From NCBI GenBank assembly GCA_000002435.2, contig CM018791.1: a stretch of DNA of 64,000 bases. One strand, 5' to 3'. The stretch is from Giardia intestinalis. Its lineage: Eukaryota. The translations under genes were made by a program, and so were the position numbers. This document shows, in pieces, positions 1-10,957 of the stretch (position 1 is the stretch's first letter; the number at the start of each line of letters is the position of its first letter). The notes beneath the pieces were generated by a model. It was not told the origin of the DNA, did no database searches, and saw nothing but the letters and a program-made list of their open reading frames with translations.

Positions 1-1
1 C

Positions 2-664
2 GAAGCAGTGCACCTGGCCTATCTTCTCGCTGTGGATGAGAATCGACGCACAAAAGTGCCCAGCTACCGACTCACACGGAACCTGGCAGACGTCCTGCAG
101 AACGCATCTCTGGGGCGTGCTCTCAGTCCGTGGCACAGTGTTTCTTCTGTTGGTCTCGGGGTAGAGTACAGGACGGAGAGGACGCTCTATCGAACAAACA
201 GTCAAGACCGATCTGGAGCGCTGCAATATGGGGATATTAAGGGCCTCACATGCATTGACATAATTGATAAGGGTTCAGGGCAAGCCCGCAAGGACCAGGT
301 CAGAACAAGTCACACACTCCGTGTGGTAGAAGATAGCGATATGTACAATCAGGCGATTGAACTTGTCCAATTCCATAACTTCCTCCTCACTAACGGCCGG
401 ATATTCCACAAGTCGTTCTCCAACACAACGTGCGTCGGTGAGTCGTATGTTGCGGGGACCGATGAGCCCAGGTGCTCGTTTCCAGCGCCTGATGGAAAGC
501 GCGCAAGCCAGTGGCTATTCGGGGCGATTCTGGGCGTCATGGCTGTTATCGGTGCCGCAGTCGGTGGGGTACTCTCTTCAATAGCTTACTGTTGGCGTTA
601 CAGACACCTACGCAAGTTGCTAAAGGAGAAGAAGGAGACATCTATTACATCAGAGCTATACTGA
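2..664 (+). CDS. Hypothetical membrane protein, C-terminal fragment. The CDS is 5'-partial and continues upstream of the window.
   Basis: Open frame runs from the window edge for 220 codons. The C-terminus has a hydrophobic TM helix (WLFGAILGVMAVIGAAVGGVLSSIAY) followed by a basic tail (RYRHLRKLLKEKKE). The first codon in the track is GTG, so the true start is upstream. Confidence 0.45.
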   Translation, partial: EAVHLAYLLAVDENRRTKVPSYRLTRNLADVLQNASLGRALSPWHSVSSVGLGVEYRTERTLYRTNSQDRSGALQYGDIKGLTCIDIIDKGSGQARKDQVRTSHTLRVVEDSDMYNQAIELVQFHNFLLTNGRIFHKSFSNTTCVGESYVAGTDEPRCSFPAPDGKRASQWLFGAILGVMAVIGAAVGGVLSSIAYCWRYRHLRKLLKEKKETSITSELY

Positions 665-1165
665 GAGCTGTGTCTTCCATAAGGCCAAGGGTTTGTGCAG
701 ATCGGCTACAACTCCAGTAAATGGTGGGGATCTAATAATGCGTATATTGTGATAAGAAGTGTATTGCTCCTGGCCACTCCTTGTACAAGTAGTCTGTAAT
801 GTTCCTTCAACTGTTCATGAAGCTTCTTCTTCTGTATATCCTTCAACCCTAGATATTATGCTTTGATCTTTCCACAAGATTAATGCTTGTGAACTTAGAC
901 AGAAATAGTTGCCATCTTCTCTTCAGGTTCTCATCAGCCTCTCATGTGCGCCAAATCCACGCCCCAAACCGTAACAATCTGTGTCTCTGATTCCGGTGTC
1001 TGCCAAGAACTATTGCTAGGTCTCAGAAAGCGCTTGGTACTCAGATGACTCAATAGCTTTTATTGCGATGTAACTGCTCAACCTTTGGTCGAACTATGTC
1101 GTCTGTCGTCTGGTGCTGAAGACACCCAAACGACAACCACGACACATTCCAGATTGGTTTACAAA

Positions 1166-3469
1166 TTAAAAACCTAGAGCCTCTAGTACCATACGAAAAG
1201 CCTGTCTATCTTCCAGTAGACGTAAATGGGCCGTCCTTCCGATGATGTTGTTCAAGCCACTCCCATTTTCCTTCAGCTCTCCGGCGTCAAAACAGACGAT
1301 TGCCTGCTTAACGACTGAACTCTTTATATTCTTGGCCAAAAGGCTGCTGATCAGCACCTGATCTTCTGTTATTCCCATTCCAGTTGCACACCGAAAGGGC
1401 ACAAAACCGTCTCCACACGTACCAACAAAGTAAACCTGCTTGAAGCCGGGGAACTGAGTCGCTGCAGTGTAGATGATCCCATCGCTGGAGCAGTCCTTCA
1501 TCTCCTTGATAACGGGCATCTTTCCGGTAATGAACGGGACAGCCATACTCACAAGATTGCTCTTAAATGTTGTCCCTGTAATAGGTGCATTGATCGTCAG
1601 AAGAAATCCCAGCTTTTCTTGCTGATCTGGCGGTAGCATGGATGCAACCTTGAGACAGAGCAACCCGCCCAGGCTATGGCCTATAAAGTTTATGCTCTGC
1701 AGGGAGTCCAGTTTTACATTGCGAGATGAAAGCTTGGAGAAGATCTCATTGTATATTTTGCTAGCGTTCTCCTTTGAAGGTGCAGCAGAGCTGTCTGCAT
1801 AGCTCTCACAGAGGATATCAAGAGACTTTCCCTTTCTGAAAGTAGCCAGGCATTCGCTTATGGCCAGCATATCTAGATGCTGTGCTTGGAGCCCGTGTAG
1901 ATATATGTAAACGTTAATCTTATCTAAATCGGCGCTAAGAAGCTTGCGAGCACTCTTTACATTAGAAGATACGGCGTAGTACACATTGTTGGCAACTGGT
2001 GGCTCTAATGATGCAACAGTCAGCTTATCATCAGTGGGCGCCGACCCCTGAGTATATGAGCGTACGAAAACAATGGGTGCTTCAATGACATATTTTTCTG
2101 GACGCACATACGGGTAGAGCTTCCTGTTTTGCATTATGATGTCTAGAAGTTCTGACTTCGTTGGCATAGCAGAAGAAGTGGACACCGTAGGTTTGTATGG
2201 AATGTTCCCATATGAGGGGTTAACGGCCCCAGAACTAGCACTCACACTTGCCGACCTACTGCTTGCTCTGCTTGACTGTTCTGATCTGTCACTGTCCTCA
2301 ACCGCATCCTCAACGCGTGAAGTGATCATGGACGTCTGAGGACTATAGAGTGCCCTAATCGCCTTGCGATATTGGCAAGCCAGCTCTGTGTAGTAGGAGT
2401 CATTGTGGGCGTCGGGCGCTTGAAACATTGCCTTGAGATCCTGATGAGTCAGGTAGCCATAGAACTGCGCACGAAAGCTTGGGAGCATCTTAAGGTACAC
2501 AGATCGTGCTGCTTTGAGAACAAATGCTATGTTGAGGGGGGTTACCGCCACGTTGTCGATAGAAACTACTACAGAATTGAGGATCGGGTCCTTCTCAACC
2601 GTACAACCGCAGACATCATAGAGGATCGTCTTCAGAGAGTTGTATCGCTGACTGATGTCCGTGGACTCGACCCTGGACTTATTCAAGAACTTCTTGAGTT
2701 GTCTTTCTGAGCCACCCTTTCCTGTGTCACGTTTCTTTCCAGCATCATCCTCTTCCTCCTCGTCTTTCCCGGAAAGAACCCTCCGAGGATCCTCCAAGTT
2801 GTCTGAGAGATCTGTCGACTCTGAGACAACCCCATTCATGTCATAGATCATGAGCTTTGTCTTCTCTGACGTTAGGAAATTGCTCACAAAGCACTCTAGC
2901 TTGAAATTATCCGTCACGTTAAAAGTCTCAATGTGGTAGCCAGCAAATGGAACACAGAAATTATCCAGGTAGCATCTCCTCTTCATCACCGTGCTGAGCT
3001 TAGGATTTTCGAACAACGACTGGTCAAACGCTTTGATGTACTGGCTCTCATCGGCATTAATTATTTTTTCGACACTATCGAACTCCTTGGGAAATGGTAC
3101 GTAGTATAGCTTAAAGGATATGACAGCACATGAGATTTGTCTGTTCTTAGACCCGACGGTGAAGGTTAGGATTGTGTTGAAGTGTATTGTCTGGTTGCCT
3201 TCATGAATGTAAAAAGGCTCACTATGGTAACAATTTTGTTCTATACCAATAATCTGAGTCGTGACCTTGTAGCGGGTGAGGCAATCCTTGGTCTGCGTTG
3301 GAAGAAGAAAGGACTTTATGGAGGAGACGGCCACGTACTTGATTTTCCTGTGATCCTTTACAGAGACCTTGAGGACGTAATACCCTCGAGGAGCGTTGTA
3401 ACCGACAAACATCGATCCCACAACAACCTGCAGGCAGTATGCATTCAGCTCAGATTTCTCCTTCGACAT
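1166..3469 (-). CDS. Putative serine esterase/lipase, FAM135-like (DUF3657 + DUF676 architecture).
   Basis: 768-codon ORF with a GHSLGG nucleophile-elbow motif (GXSXG) in the C-terminal alpha/beta-hydrolase region. An upstream LHGLQ box and a downstream GDGFVP are typical of DUF676/ROG1-FAM135 esterases. The track start is GTG, so I used the first ATG (MSKEKSEL) at 3469. It is preceded by an AT-rich tract (aattttatttaaatttccagtttttt). Confidence 0.7.
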   Translation of the reverse strand: MSKEKSELNAYCLQVVVGSMFVGYNAPRGYYVLKVSVKDHRKIKYVAVSSIKSFLLPTQTKDCLTRYKVTTQIIGIEQNCYHSEPFYIHEGNQTIHFNTILTFTVGSKNRQISCAVISFKLYYVPFPKEFDSVEKIINADESQYIKAFDQSLFENPKLSTVMKRRCYLDNFCVPFAGYHIETFNVTDNFKLECFVSNFLTSEKTKLMIYDMNGVVSESTDLSDNLEDPRRVLSGKDEEEEDDAGKKRDTGKGGSERQLKKFLNKSRVESTDISQRYNSLKTILYDVCGCTVEKDPILNSVVVSIDNVAVTPLNIAFVLKAARSVYLKMLPSFRAQFYGYLTHQDLKAMFQAPDAHNDSYYTELACQYRKAIRALYSPQTSMITSRVEDAVEDSDRSEQSSRASSRSASVSASSGAVNPSYGNIPYKPTVSTSSAMPTKSELLDIIMQNRKLYPYVRPEKYVIEAPIVFVRSYTQGSAPTDDKLTVASLEPPVANNVYYAVSSNVKSARKLLSADLDKINVYIYLHGLQAQHLDMLAISECLATFRKGKSLDILCESYADSSAAPSKENASKIYNEIFSKLSSRNVKLDSLQSINFIGHSLGGLLCLKVASMLPPDQQEKLGFLLTINAPITGTTFKSNLVSMAVPFITGKMPVIKEMKDCSSDGIIYTAATQFPGFKQVYFVGTCGDGFVPFRCATGMGITEDQVLISSLLAKNIKSSVVKQAIVCFDAGELKENGSGLNNIIGRTAHLRLLEDRQAFRMVLEALGF

Positions 3470-3572
3470 GCACACTGGTCAAAACTCTTTTACAACCCGT
3501 GCAATTTTATTTAAATTTCCAGTTTTTTGCACTATCCAATGTGCTTGCACAAGTTAAAGTCCCTTGGAGGCC

Positions 3573-3944
3573 TTAGAGAACACGCCCTAAACCGGAAAAC
3601 GATTGCGGTTTCTGCAGGTGCGATGGAGCTTTGCCTGAAGAAGCGGCAACACCCTTAGCTCTGTTCCCATGGGATTGAAAGTCACCGGCTCCCTTTTTCC
3701 TACCCTCCTTACCCGCTTTTGCGAATCCATTTGCGGGTCTGCCTTGTAGATGCGATGGTCCTTCTTGTGCACATGCTCTTCCCTTGGTCCCGCCAACTGC
3801 GCCGGTTGCTGTTCCTGAAACTGTGTCTCCTGAAACAAGGGTCGTGATACCATCGACAGTACTTATCTGGGCTTCGGGCGCTTTTCGCCCGTGGAGTACT
3901 CGTTGGTAGGACCCACGATTCGATTTCTGAAGGACTGCAGACAT
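3573..3944 (-). CDS. Hypothetical small Gly/Ala/Lys-rich basic protein (123 aa).
   Basis: ATG at 3944 is preceded on the minus strand by AT-rich agtgaaataaaaagcc. The ORF fills an otherwise ORF-free 490-bp gap between two minus-strand genes. The product is low complexity and not assignable. Confidence 0.3.
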   Translation of the reverse strand: MSAVLQKSNRGSYQRVLHGRKAPEAQISTVDGITTLVSGDTVSGTATGAVGGTKGRACAQEGPSHLQGRPANGFAKAGKEGRKKGAGDFQSHGNRAKGVAASSGKAPSHLQKPQSFSGLGRVL

Positions 3945-3964
3945 AAGGAAGGCTTTTTATTTCA

Positions 3965-6900
3965 CTATATGATGTACTCTGTGTTGACGCGCATACATTT
4001 GAGAGCAGCAATCTGTTGATCAGTAAAAACGCAACTTATCTGATCAAACTTCATATAGTACAGATTCCAGAACCACAGGAAGAAGCGCTTCACAGATTGC
4101 ACGACGGCCTCGTGCTTGCTCGCACCCAACTTGGAAAGAAATATGAGCGCATCAATTACGTGTACTGGTATGTGCTCATTCCAGGACTTTAGGAACGCAG
4201 AGATGCATTCAACAACAACCAATCTCTTACTAGGCTCCCCGCGCTGTTTGCCAGCAGCAATGAGATCTGCAAGAGCCTGCTTCTGGAAGGCTGACGACAT
4301 CCCACTCATAAGAACGGTAAAGAATTCACCCGTGGCGCTTACTAGTTCGTCATGCTGCACAGTGATCCCGTACTCTATTATGTACAACTTCATCACTGAA
4401 CGTGTAAGCACCTCTAGGGATGCCCCCAGGCTTCCTGCCTCATCGCTCGAGAGCATGTTCAGTGATCCTATCTTCAACAGTCGTGCAGCTAACTCATATA
4501 TGCAAATTATAGAGCGCCACCTTCCTGCGTACTTCTGCATTAGCCCCGGGAGTGTTTCGAAGAGTAGCCGTTGGATCAAGTCCATGGGAAGCTCTGCACT
4601 GACAATCAGAAGGATCATGGCCGACGCCTCTGCTCTCACCTCTGTTGAATCCTTGTGAGTTTGGAGATTTACCAGAGAGTCAAGGAAGTTATGGAGTATG
4701 AATTGCGAAAGCTGGATGCTCTTTCCATAAATGCTGGCGCAGGCTGTTCCCTGCACAATCGTTGAAATTAGATTTGTGTGCCTTTTTTCATCCTGTGCTG
4801 GGTCTACAGACCATGCTTCAACAGCCCTGTTGAACAGACTGCAATATCGCTGCAAGAGAGTGCTGGTTGAGTTCTCTTCTTCTTTTTCTGCTGTTGCTGT
4901 TGCTATTGCTGCTGCTGCGTTAGTCTTGGCCTTCAAAAGAACGTTCAGAGATACCCCGAGAACAGCTGTGGTGGCCTCGCGTAAAACTTTGAGCGCATTA
5001 TAGAGTTCGTTCTCCATCACAAACGTAACAACTTCCTTGGCAATCTGCTCCTGCAGATCCCGATTGACCCCATACGCAGCGTCCATGAAAAACCCCAAAA
5101 ACAAAAGAGCGCTGGCACGCACATTTGCACTTGTGCTGGCCTCAGCGAAAGCCTTTTTAATGTAAGAGATATACCTAGTGACTATAGAGTCTAACAGCCC
5201 CTTTGTATTATGGTCAAATAGCAGGGTTATAAGGACCTGCCATGTTTCTCCTGTCTGCACATCCTCCTTTTGAATTATCTGGCTGAGAATGCTCACAAAC
5301 AGTGTTGAGGCCTCCTCTATCCTGTGCTCTATGTTGTCCATGTACTTCAAAGACTTGATGGCTGCTCCTACAACTTCAGCCAGTATATGACCGCCGCACT
5401 TCTGAAGCTTTTCTGCTGGGGTCTCTACGAGATACCGCTCTATATATCTAAGCATGAACATGGCAAGGCTGTTTTGATCTCCAGCGATGGCACACAGATT
5501 GCTCCAGATTGTTAGGAAGATTGCGTCTAAATCCGTTACAGACATCTCCGATTCATCATCGTGTGACAGGTGTTCCTGACAGTTGAGAGTTGTGAACTTC
5601 ATTACCACATCAGCAAGCTTCTTTTGAGTATCTGGTTGTTGGAGATAGCTGCGCAGGTCTGAAAATGAAGCCAAGTGGAGCTCATACTTGGTGCGTGCGA
5701 AGGTTACAACTTCATCTCGATATTCGTAGAACCCTAGCATCGTGTCTGGGAACTTATAGCCACAATTGTTGTACGGCTTGTAGAAAATGGTCAGCTCGAC
5801 AATGTCGCTTAATAGCGGGTCCATCAGCATGACATTTCCAGCCAGGATGCAATCAAGAAGGCGGTCTACAAACTCGATGGCCGTTGGAAGTCCATACGTC
5901 ATTGCTAGAATGTGTGACTTAGCCGACACATACACGCTCCGCCATGCATCGCCGTGGATATCTGGGCTGGCGATCATATTCTTCTGTGCATGGGACAAGA
6001 GGTCAACATATGCATAGGCCTCCCTCTTTCTGCGGGAGCTGAGCAGGGCTGTGTCATCCGCCGAAAGGGGCAGTATTGTCTTGAGAGGGTCCGCGCTCAT
6101 GAGAGGACAAACCCTCGAGGGAAGCCTGACCTTGTATAGCTCAAGCACGCCTTGCTTACCGTGCGTGTCAGATTGATTCAGAATGGAAATGAGCCCCAGG
6201 CCTCCTAGACTCAGTTCCATAGCAGGGTGCGTAGGCTCCCAGTACATCATGTAGTTTGCCATTTCATTTGCATCGACATGGACTGTTTCATTCTTACACT
6301 CATATAAATGCTTGAACAGCCGGCTAAAGTCATCGAACCGACTGCTCTTCTTCATATAAAAAGTTAGCGACTGAGAGAGATGCAGAAAGTATCGCACCGT
6401 TCTAGCAGCGCGAAGATGTGTCATGTGTGTGCCCGAAGCGGGGAGCGAGGGAGTGGTGGCCTCTTCTCGTGTGTCCTCAAAGGTGTCTTCTTCCGGGTTG
6501 ATGGTTTGTTTCTCATCGTCAGTTAGCTGTGCGATCATATCAGCAGTGCTTGCCTTCAGTCCAGAGCTGGCCATTACTTCAGCTAACACCTTGTTCATAA
6601 GATCCTCTGTAATTTGAACACCCTCCTTGGCGAGGAGCTCCAGTCGTTCAGACACCTCCTCCATGATAATTTCTTGCATCTTTGAAATGTCGCTTTCATC
6701 GAAGTGGGCAGCTTCGGATCCGTTGTCTCCGTTAGAGGTACCGTCAGCAGCATCACTAGATGAGGACGATGGTAACAATTGATCTGCACGGACCTCCTCG
6801 TACTTAGTCAAGTACTTGCAGCACGGCTCTATCAATCTAGAATAAAATCTATAGCAGTCTCCTTCAATGTCCAAGACATTCATCAATCTTCCTAACACAT

Positions 6901-9900
6901 AAATGGCCACCTTTGAAACGCTTTCGTCATAGCTCACAGATAGAAGAAGGATATATTCCGCCATTTGTAAGTAGTACCTCAAAATATTTGGCGAATTATT
7001 GTAGCTGTCTGTCTCTCCAAAAGCGTGCCGGGCAAGGTGCAGACCCATTCCTCGTAGATTGCGTTCGTAAGTACAGTGGAAGTCTGGTACGAGCGCATAC
7101 AGTGAGGAGGAACAAAGTTTATCGGATATAGTTCGAGCCACAATCAGCGCTTTAGTTAAGTTGTATCCTGCCTTGTTTGTCACTGCTATCTCAATCGTCC
7201 GGGCTATGAGTTTGGCATATCGCGGCTCGACAAGAGAAGACTGGAAGAGCTTTCCCAAGTATTGAAGAAATCCCTCGTAAAATGTCTCCTGTACAAAATA
7301 TTCTGGGGCAGGAGGCCTTATTTTTACATGAGCTTGCTTCAAAGGTGGCTCCGTCAATGCAAAGCTAGTGGTAGCATGTAATACTTTGTGCTCATTTTTC
7401 CGTAGAAAATATCCGTAAATATCAATCAGGTCTATGGTATCTGTGTTGTCCAAGCAATTGATTGAAGAAGAGGAATTAGGACCGCGCAACGCCAGCTTGT
7501 CTTTCAAGACTTCCAGCAACGCGTTAGTGAGCTCTTCGGGGTAATCACTTGACAGAGGAAGGGGGAATGATCCAGCCTGATGCTGATGTGCAGCCTGATG
7601 TTCTAGCACTCCACGGGCTCCTGTTAGGGTGTGCATCCAGTTGCACAGCGAGCTCTCCCTTGACTCAGTAGGCCCATCTACGCCCATATACAGATAAATA
7701 CGTGGATCAGATGGCAATATCTTGTACTTACGCATCTGCTCGTGCCGTAGAGAAAACAGTGGCGCATCGGGGGAGATGCCAAACGACTCACAGTATTGTA
7801 TCATTTGCGGAATATGAGGGGTATGCAACAGATGCTTCTTCCGTACTGAAGTTGTGTCTGGATCCTTTGAGGGAGTGTAGAAGGACCTCGAAAGCAGTGC
7901 TAGCACCTTAAAGATCAACTTGTATGACCATAGGACGTTCTGTATATCTTCCTTCTGCTTAATTTTATCATCGAGTAGCTTGGTAAAGGGAAGCATGAGC
8001 GTCATCACCCAGCTGCGCCCCTCCAGGGTTGGTTGCGACCAGATAACTTGTGTCTGGGGATAGATTTTCAATCGGTGATATAGAATCCTGGCCTCCTTGT
8101 CCTCTGGTGTGCAGAGAGATAGGGGAAAGTGCCTATCAAATGGCTGGCCTATGGTCCAGTCCATAGGGTATGGTAGGGTCAGGGCTCTGCAGGACGCCCT
8201 TAACACTTTGAGGAGGTGTATATAGAGTGTCTGAGGATAGTCTACGCACTTGCCGGAAGAACGCTGCACAAGCTGCACCGTGTCATCCCGAGTCAGGAGA
8301 ACTTCAGGCTTATCCATCAGAGACAGCAGGAAAGAGCGGAGCTCACTTCCCCGTGAGTGCAAGTGCACACAATGGTCAAACCGGACCAGCCCCTGGAGTA
8401 GCACAAGCGTCCACTTCAGGGTGGAGAAGCCCTGGAAGTGGTTATCGAGAACGATTTTATATAGAGTATTTAACATACTATTTTTAGGGCTCGTCACTGG
8501 GGAAGAACCATCTGGGCGCATACCAGAAAGCAGTCCCATAGTAACGCCGCTAAAGACAGCCTGTATCTTCTTTTTTATCGACAGCAGCTCATTCTCCTTG
8601 ATAAATGCAAGAATGCGTGGAATGATAAGCCTATTTAGTAAGGTAGGAGACATATTCGCCAAGAGTGACGCAAAGGACAAGCGGAGAATGTGTGGATTGA
8701 TTGAGATTTTAGAGTTATCATATACATATGGTGGTTTGAAGCTGAGGTCAGCGCTTTGCTGATCCATCTCCTTCGACACTGGAGACATCTTAGATATCTC
8801 ATTGAGCTCTGCGAGCAAGGTGAACACCTTATCTAAATAGAGAGAAACAAGGTCAACAAGCTGGGGGTGTGCATCAGCAAGCTCTTGAGTAAATGGGATC
8901 GTTGAGAATAGGTGCAGAAACAATAGTAAGGAAATTTGACACAATTTGAGGTCAATTACTGATAAAAATCGACTATAAACTGAAAAAACGAACACCAGAA
9001 ACTCTGGAGTAAGCTGGTCCATGGTGTTTGGGCCACACACGTGGGCCCAGGGATCATCAATCAGGTGAGTAAGCGCAGAAGGAACCTTTGCACCTGAATC
9101 ATGGGCATGGCCATCAAAGCATTTCTCAATAAACGCTGGCATCGCATGTAGTGTCGTGTAGTACGCAAACTTGTAGCACGCTTGACGGTCCTCCAGTTGG
9201 TGCACAGTAGTGTTTATAAGCCACGCCAACCGGGGCAGCAGCACAGATGGATAAACCTTAAACAATGTCTCAGTGATAGAGATGCATATAGCGCGATTTG
9301 CATATTGGTAATTGGCCGGATTAAAGAGTATGTCACGGATTATATATACTTGGGGATAGAAAATGCCAAGATCAATGGTAAACAGAAAGGGAAGGAGGCC
9401 TTGATAGATAGGTTGCACCATTCGTATATAGCACTGCTGGGTAGTGTAATGAAAACTCAGGGTGTGAGCAAAAATGAAGATGAATTGTCTCGTTGGAACG
9501 GCCAACTTCTCATAACTTTGAGGAAGAGATCGAAAGTAATGCAGGAAAAAGTTGTAAAAAGGGTTCTTTCCGGCCGAAATATTATCCTTGATAAAGTTCT
9601 CAGAGGTGACCACCTGGTTCTCTGCATTGGAAGTCATGGCCAGAAAATTGTTCCAGCGCACACCGGCATATATCATATTAAATGTCAGGTCACTTGTCAT
9701 GGTGACCAGTCTATCCATCAGCATGGGAGACTTCACTAAAGTAAAGACCCACTCGGGGATGACGAGTTCGTCTCGGTACCCCTCCTTAGGCTCTGAAAAA
9801 AATATGAGGTCTGAAAGTGCCGAAGAGTCTACCTGATATCTAAATCCGGAGTAAACGCTTATGACTTTAAAGATTACGTGAATGTAGCGAGTGGTGGTAA

Positions 9901-10840
9901 AATCTATATCTGGGCGAGTATTTAGTAATGAGGTGAGCATCTGCATGAGAAAAAATGTTACCCCGTTATTCTGGTATGCAGAGAGGAGGTCTATGAGCTC
10001 ATCAACAAGGCTCTGATAAAGGTCGTGTGTTGCGAGCAGAAATGAGGAAGTTGTCTCAATTATTGATTGCATGGAGTCATCTATTGATGCATATGCGGTG
10101 CTGAATATAGGATGATTGAACTTTAATCTCTTCTCTGTAAGATTCTTCTTGTAGAGATAAAAGCCCATGAGCGGTAGTGAGGTGGTCGACGGGAGGAAAT
10201 AGGTGAGAAAACAGACGTACCTAAAGATACTGTCTCTTCCCTTTACTGTTGCTATGTAATGGTCAATTTCTTCTCTGATGGAAGGCCACTCAGAGACATC
10301 ATAGTATCTGGCCAGAATAAAGAATGTGTCCTCACACGCTATGCCAAATCTCTGCTCAGTGTCGTAGTTATCTGTGAGAAGAATAGATGTCCCTATGAAG
10401 ACCTGCCGTATGAAGAGCTTCATGAGGGGGCGCCAATCTATAACGATGCGCGGGGGCGGGTCGCTCTGTAGCAGATTTGCGCCTATCTTAAGGTACCTAG
10501 CAACATCAACGTACGGCATACACTGACTTTCTGAGATGTCGATGGCCTTACGTAAGAAGATGTCTGCCAAGATCACCCTATCCTGCTCGCTGAAGCGGTG
10601 CCCCGTTGTTCTGAGGCAGAAGTACTTTTCCACATATTGTACCATCCCTTTATCGTCTCCCAAGTGTGCAGCTTGAACCACGCCATTGATCAGGGACGCA
10701 ACGGCCCCCTCGGATTCTTCACGTGCCCTATCCCTGGACTCCCATGGAAGAAAGCACCAACTGGTTAGCGACGCAGGGAGAGCATTTTGAAACATGCAAA
10801 GCGACTCACTCATTGCGGCTTTTTGGAAATTTTCCGACAT
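3965..10840 (-). CDS. Large hypothetical protein (2291 aa), probably alpha-helical-repeat (HEAT/ARM-like) with a central acidic Ser/Asp-rich linker.
   Basis: Uninterrupted 6.9-kb ORF with an ATG start (MSENFQKAAMSESL) behind an AT-rich upstream tract. No P-loop or catalytic motif recognised. It contains a (GCT/GTT)n-encoded poly-Ala/Thr stretch and an acidic region (SSSSSDAADGTSNGDNGSEAAHFDESD). Confidence 0.9.
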   Translation of the reverse strand: MSENFQKAAMSESLCMFQNALPASLTSWCFLPWESRDRAREESEGAVASLINGVVQAAHLGDDKGMVQYVEKYFCLRTTGHRFSEQDRVILADIFLRKAIDISESQCMPYVDVARYLKIGANLLQSDPPPRIVIDWRPLMKLFIRQVFIGTSILLTDNYDTEQRFGIACEDTFFILARYYDVSEWPSIREEIDHYIATVKGRDSIFRYVCFLTYFLPSTTSLPLMGFYLYKKNLTEKRLKFNHPIFSTAYASIDDSMQSIIETTSSFLLATHDLYQSLVDELIDLLSAYQNNGVTFFLMQMLTSLLNTRPDIDFTTTRYIHVIFKVISVYSGFRYQVDSSALSDLIFFSEPKEGYRDELVIPEWVFTLVKSPMLMDRLVTMTSDLTFNMIYAGVRWNNFLAMTSNAENQVVTSENFIKDNISAGKNPFYNFFLHYFRSLPQSYEKLAVPTRQFIFIFAHTLSFHYTTQQCYIRMVQPIYQGLLPFLFTIDLGIFYPQVYIIRDILFNPANYQYANRAICISITETLFKVYPSVLLPRLAWLINTTVHQLEDRQACYKFAYYTTLHAMPAFIEKCFDGHAHDSGAKVPSALTHLIDDPWAHVCGPNTMDQLTPEFLVFVFSVYSRFLSVIDLKLCQISLLLFLHLFSTIPFTQELADAHPQLVDLVSLYLDKVFTLLAELNEISKMSPVSKEMDQQSADLSFKPPYVYDNSKISINPHILRLSFASLLANMSPTLLNRLIIPRILAFIKENELLSIKKKIQAVFSGVTMGLLSGMRPDGSSPVTSPKNSMLNTLYKIVLDNHFQGFSTLKWTLVLLQGLVRFDHCVHLHSRGSELRSFLLSLMDKPEVLLTRDDTVQLVQRSSGKCVDYPQTLYIHLLKVLRASCRALTLPYPMDWTIGQPFDRHFPLSLCTPEDKEARILYHRLKIYPQTQVIWSQPTLEGRSWVMTLMLPFTKLLDDKIKQKEDIQNVLWSYKLIFKVLALLSRSFYTPSKDPDTTSVRKKHLLHTPHIPQMIQYCESFGISPDAPLFSLRHEQMRKYKILPSDPRIYLYMGVDGPTESRESSLCNWMHTLTGARGVLEHQAAHQHQAGSFPLPLSSDYPEELTNALLEVLKDKLALRGPNSSSSINCLDNTDTIDLIDIYGYFLRKNEHKVLHATTSFALTEPPLKQAHVKIRPPAPEYFVQETFYEGFLQYLGKLFQSSLVEPRYAKLIARTIEIAVTNKAGYNLTKALIVARTISDKLCSSSLYALVPDFHCTYERNLRGMGLHLARHAFGETDSYNNSPNILRYYLQMAEYILLLSVSYDESVSKVAIYVLGRLMNVLDIEGDCYRFYSRLIEPCCKYLTKYEEVRADQLLPSSSSSDAADGTSNGDNGSEAAHFDESDISKMQEIIMEEVSERLELLAKEGVQITEDLMNKVLAEVMASSGLKASTADMIAQLTDDEKQTINPEEDTFEDTREEATTPSLPASGTHMTHLRAARTVRYFLHLSQSLTFYMKKSSRFDDFSRLFKHLYECKNETVHVDANEMANYMMYWEPTHPAMELSLGGLGLISILNQSDTHGKQGVLELYKVRLPSRVCPLMSADPLKTILPLSADDTALLSSRRKREAYAYVDLLSHAQKNMIASPDIHGDAWRSVYVSAKSHILAMTYGLPTAIEFVDRLLDCILAGNVMLMDPLLSDIVELTIFYKPYNNCGYKFPDTMLGFYEYRDEVVTFARTKYELHLASFSDLRSYLQQPDTQKKLADVVMKFTTLNCQEHLSHDDESEMSVTDLDAIFLTIWSNLCAIAGDQNSLAMFMLRYIERYLVETPAEKLQKCGGHILAEVVGAAIKSLKYMDNIEHRIEEASTLFVSILSQIIQKEDVQTGETWQVLITLLFDHNTKGLLDSIVTRYISYIKKAFAEASTSANVRASALLFLGFFMDAAYGVNRDLQEQIAKEVVTFVMENELYNALKVLREATTAVLGVSLNVLLKAKTNAAAAIATATAEKEEENSTSTLLQRYCSLFNRAVEAWSVDPAQDEKRHTNLISTIVQGTACASIYGKSIQLSQFILHNFLDSLVNLQTHKDSTEVRAEASAMILLIVSAELPMDLIQRLLFETLPGLMQKYAGRWRSIICIYELAARLLKIGSLNMLSSDEAGSLGASLEVLTRSVMKLYIIEYGITVQHDELVSATGEFFTVLMSGMSSAFQKQALADLIAAGKQRGEPSKRLVVVECISAFLKSWNEHIPVHVIDALIFLSKLGASKHEAVVQSVKRFFLWFWNLYYMKFDQISCVFTDQQIAALKCMRVNTEYII
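4868..4915. repeat. Imperfect (GCT/GTT)n trinucleotide microsatellite inside the 2291-aa gene.
   Basis: ttctgctgttgctgttgctattgctgctgctgcg encodes AAAIATATAE on the minus strand. Confidence 0.4.
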
Positions 10841-10957
10841 AGGCCAGGTTTTAATACTAAGGATTACTACGGATCGCGTTCTCTAATAAACATTACGTAA
10901 GTAACATGCGGGGTTTACTATTCTGGGCAAACCAGTACGAACCAGCCAGCTGATAAA

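Noticed and set aside
3587-4011. Alternative overlapping ORFs 3587..3853 and 3709..4011 in the esterase / large-gene spacer.
   Set aside because: 3709..4011 overlaps the stop of the upstream gene and lacks an AT-rich initiator. 3587..3853 is nested within the 3573..3944 ORF. At most one can be real and none is well supported.
4116-9836. Antisense ORFs of 170-185 aa (4116..4658 +, 8250..8762 +, 9182..9739 +) inside the 2291-aa minus-strand gene, and similar ones inside the NEK, LRR and giant genes.
   Set aside because: They overlap clearly coding long ORFs. They have no motifs or promoter-like AT elements. They are the expected by-product of codon-complement bias.
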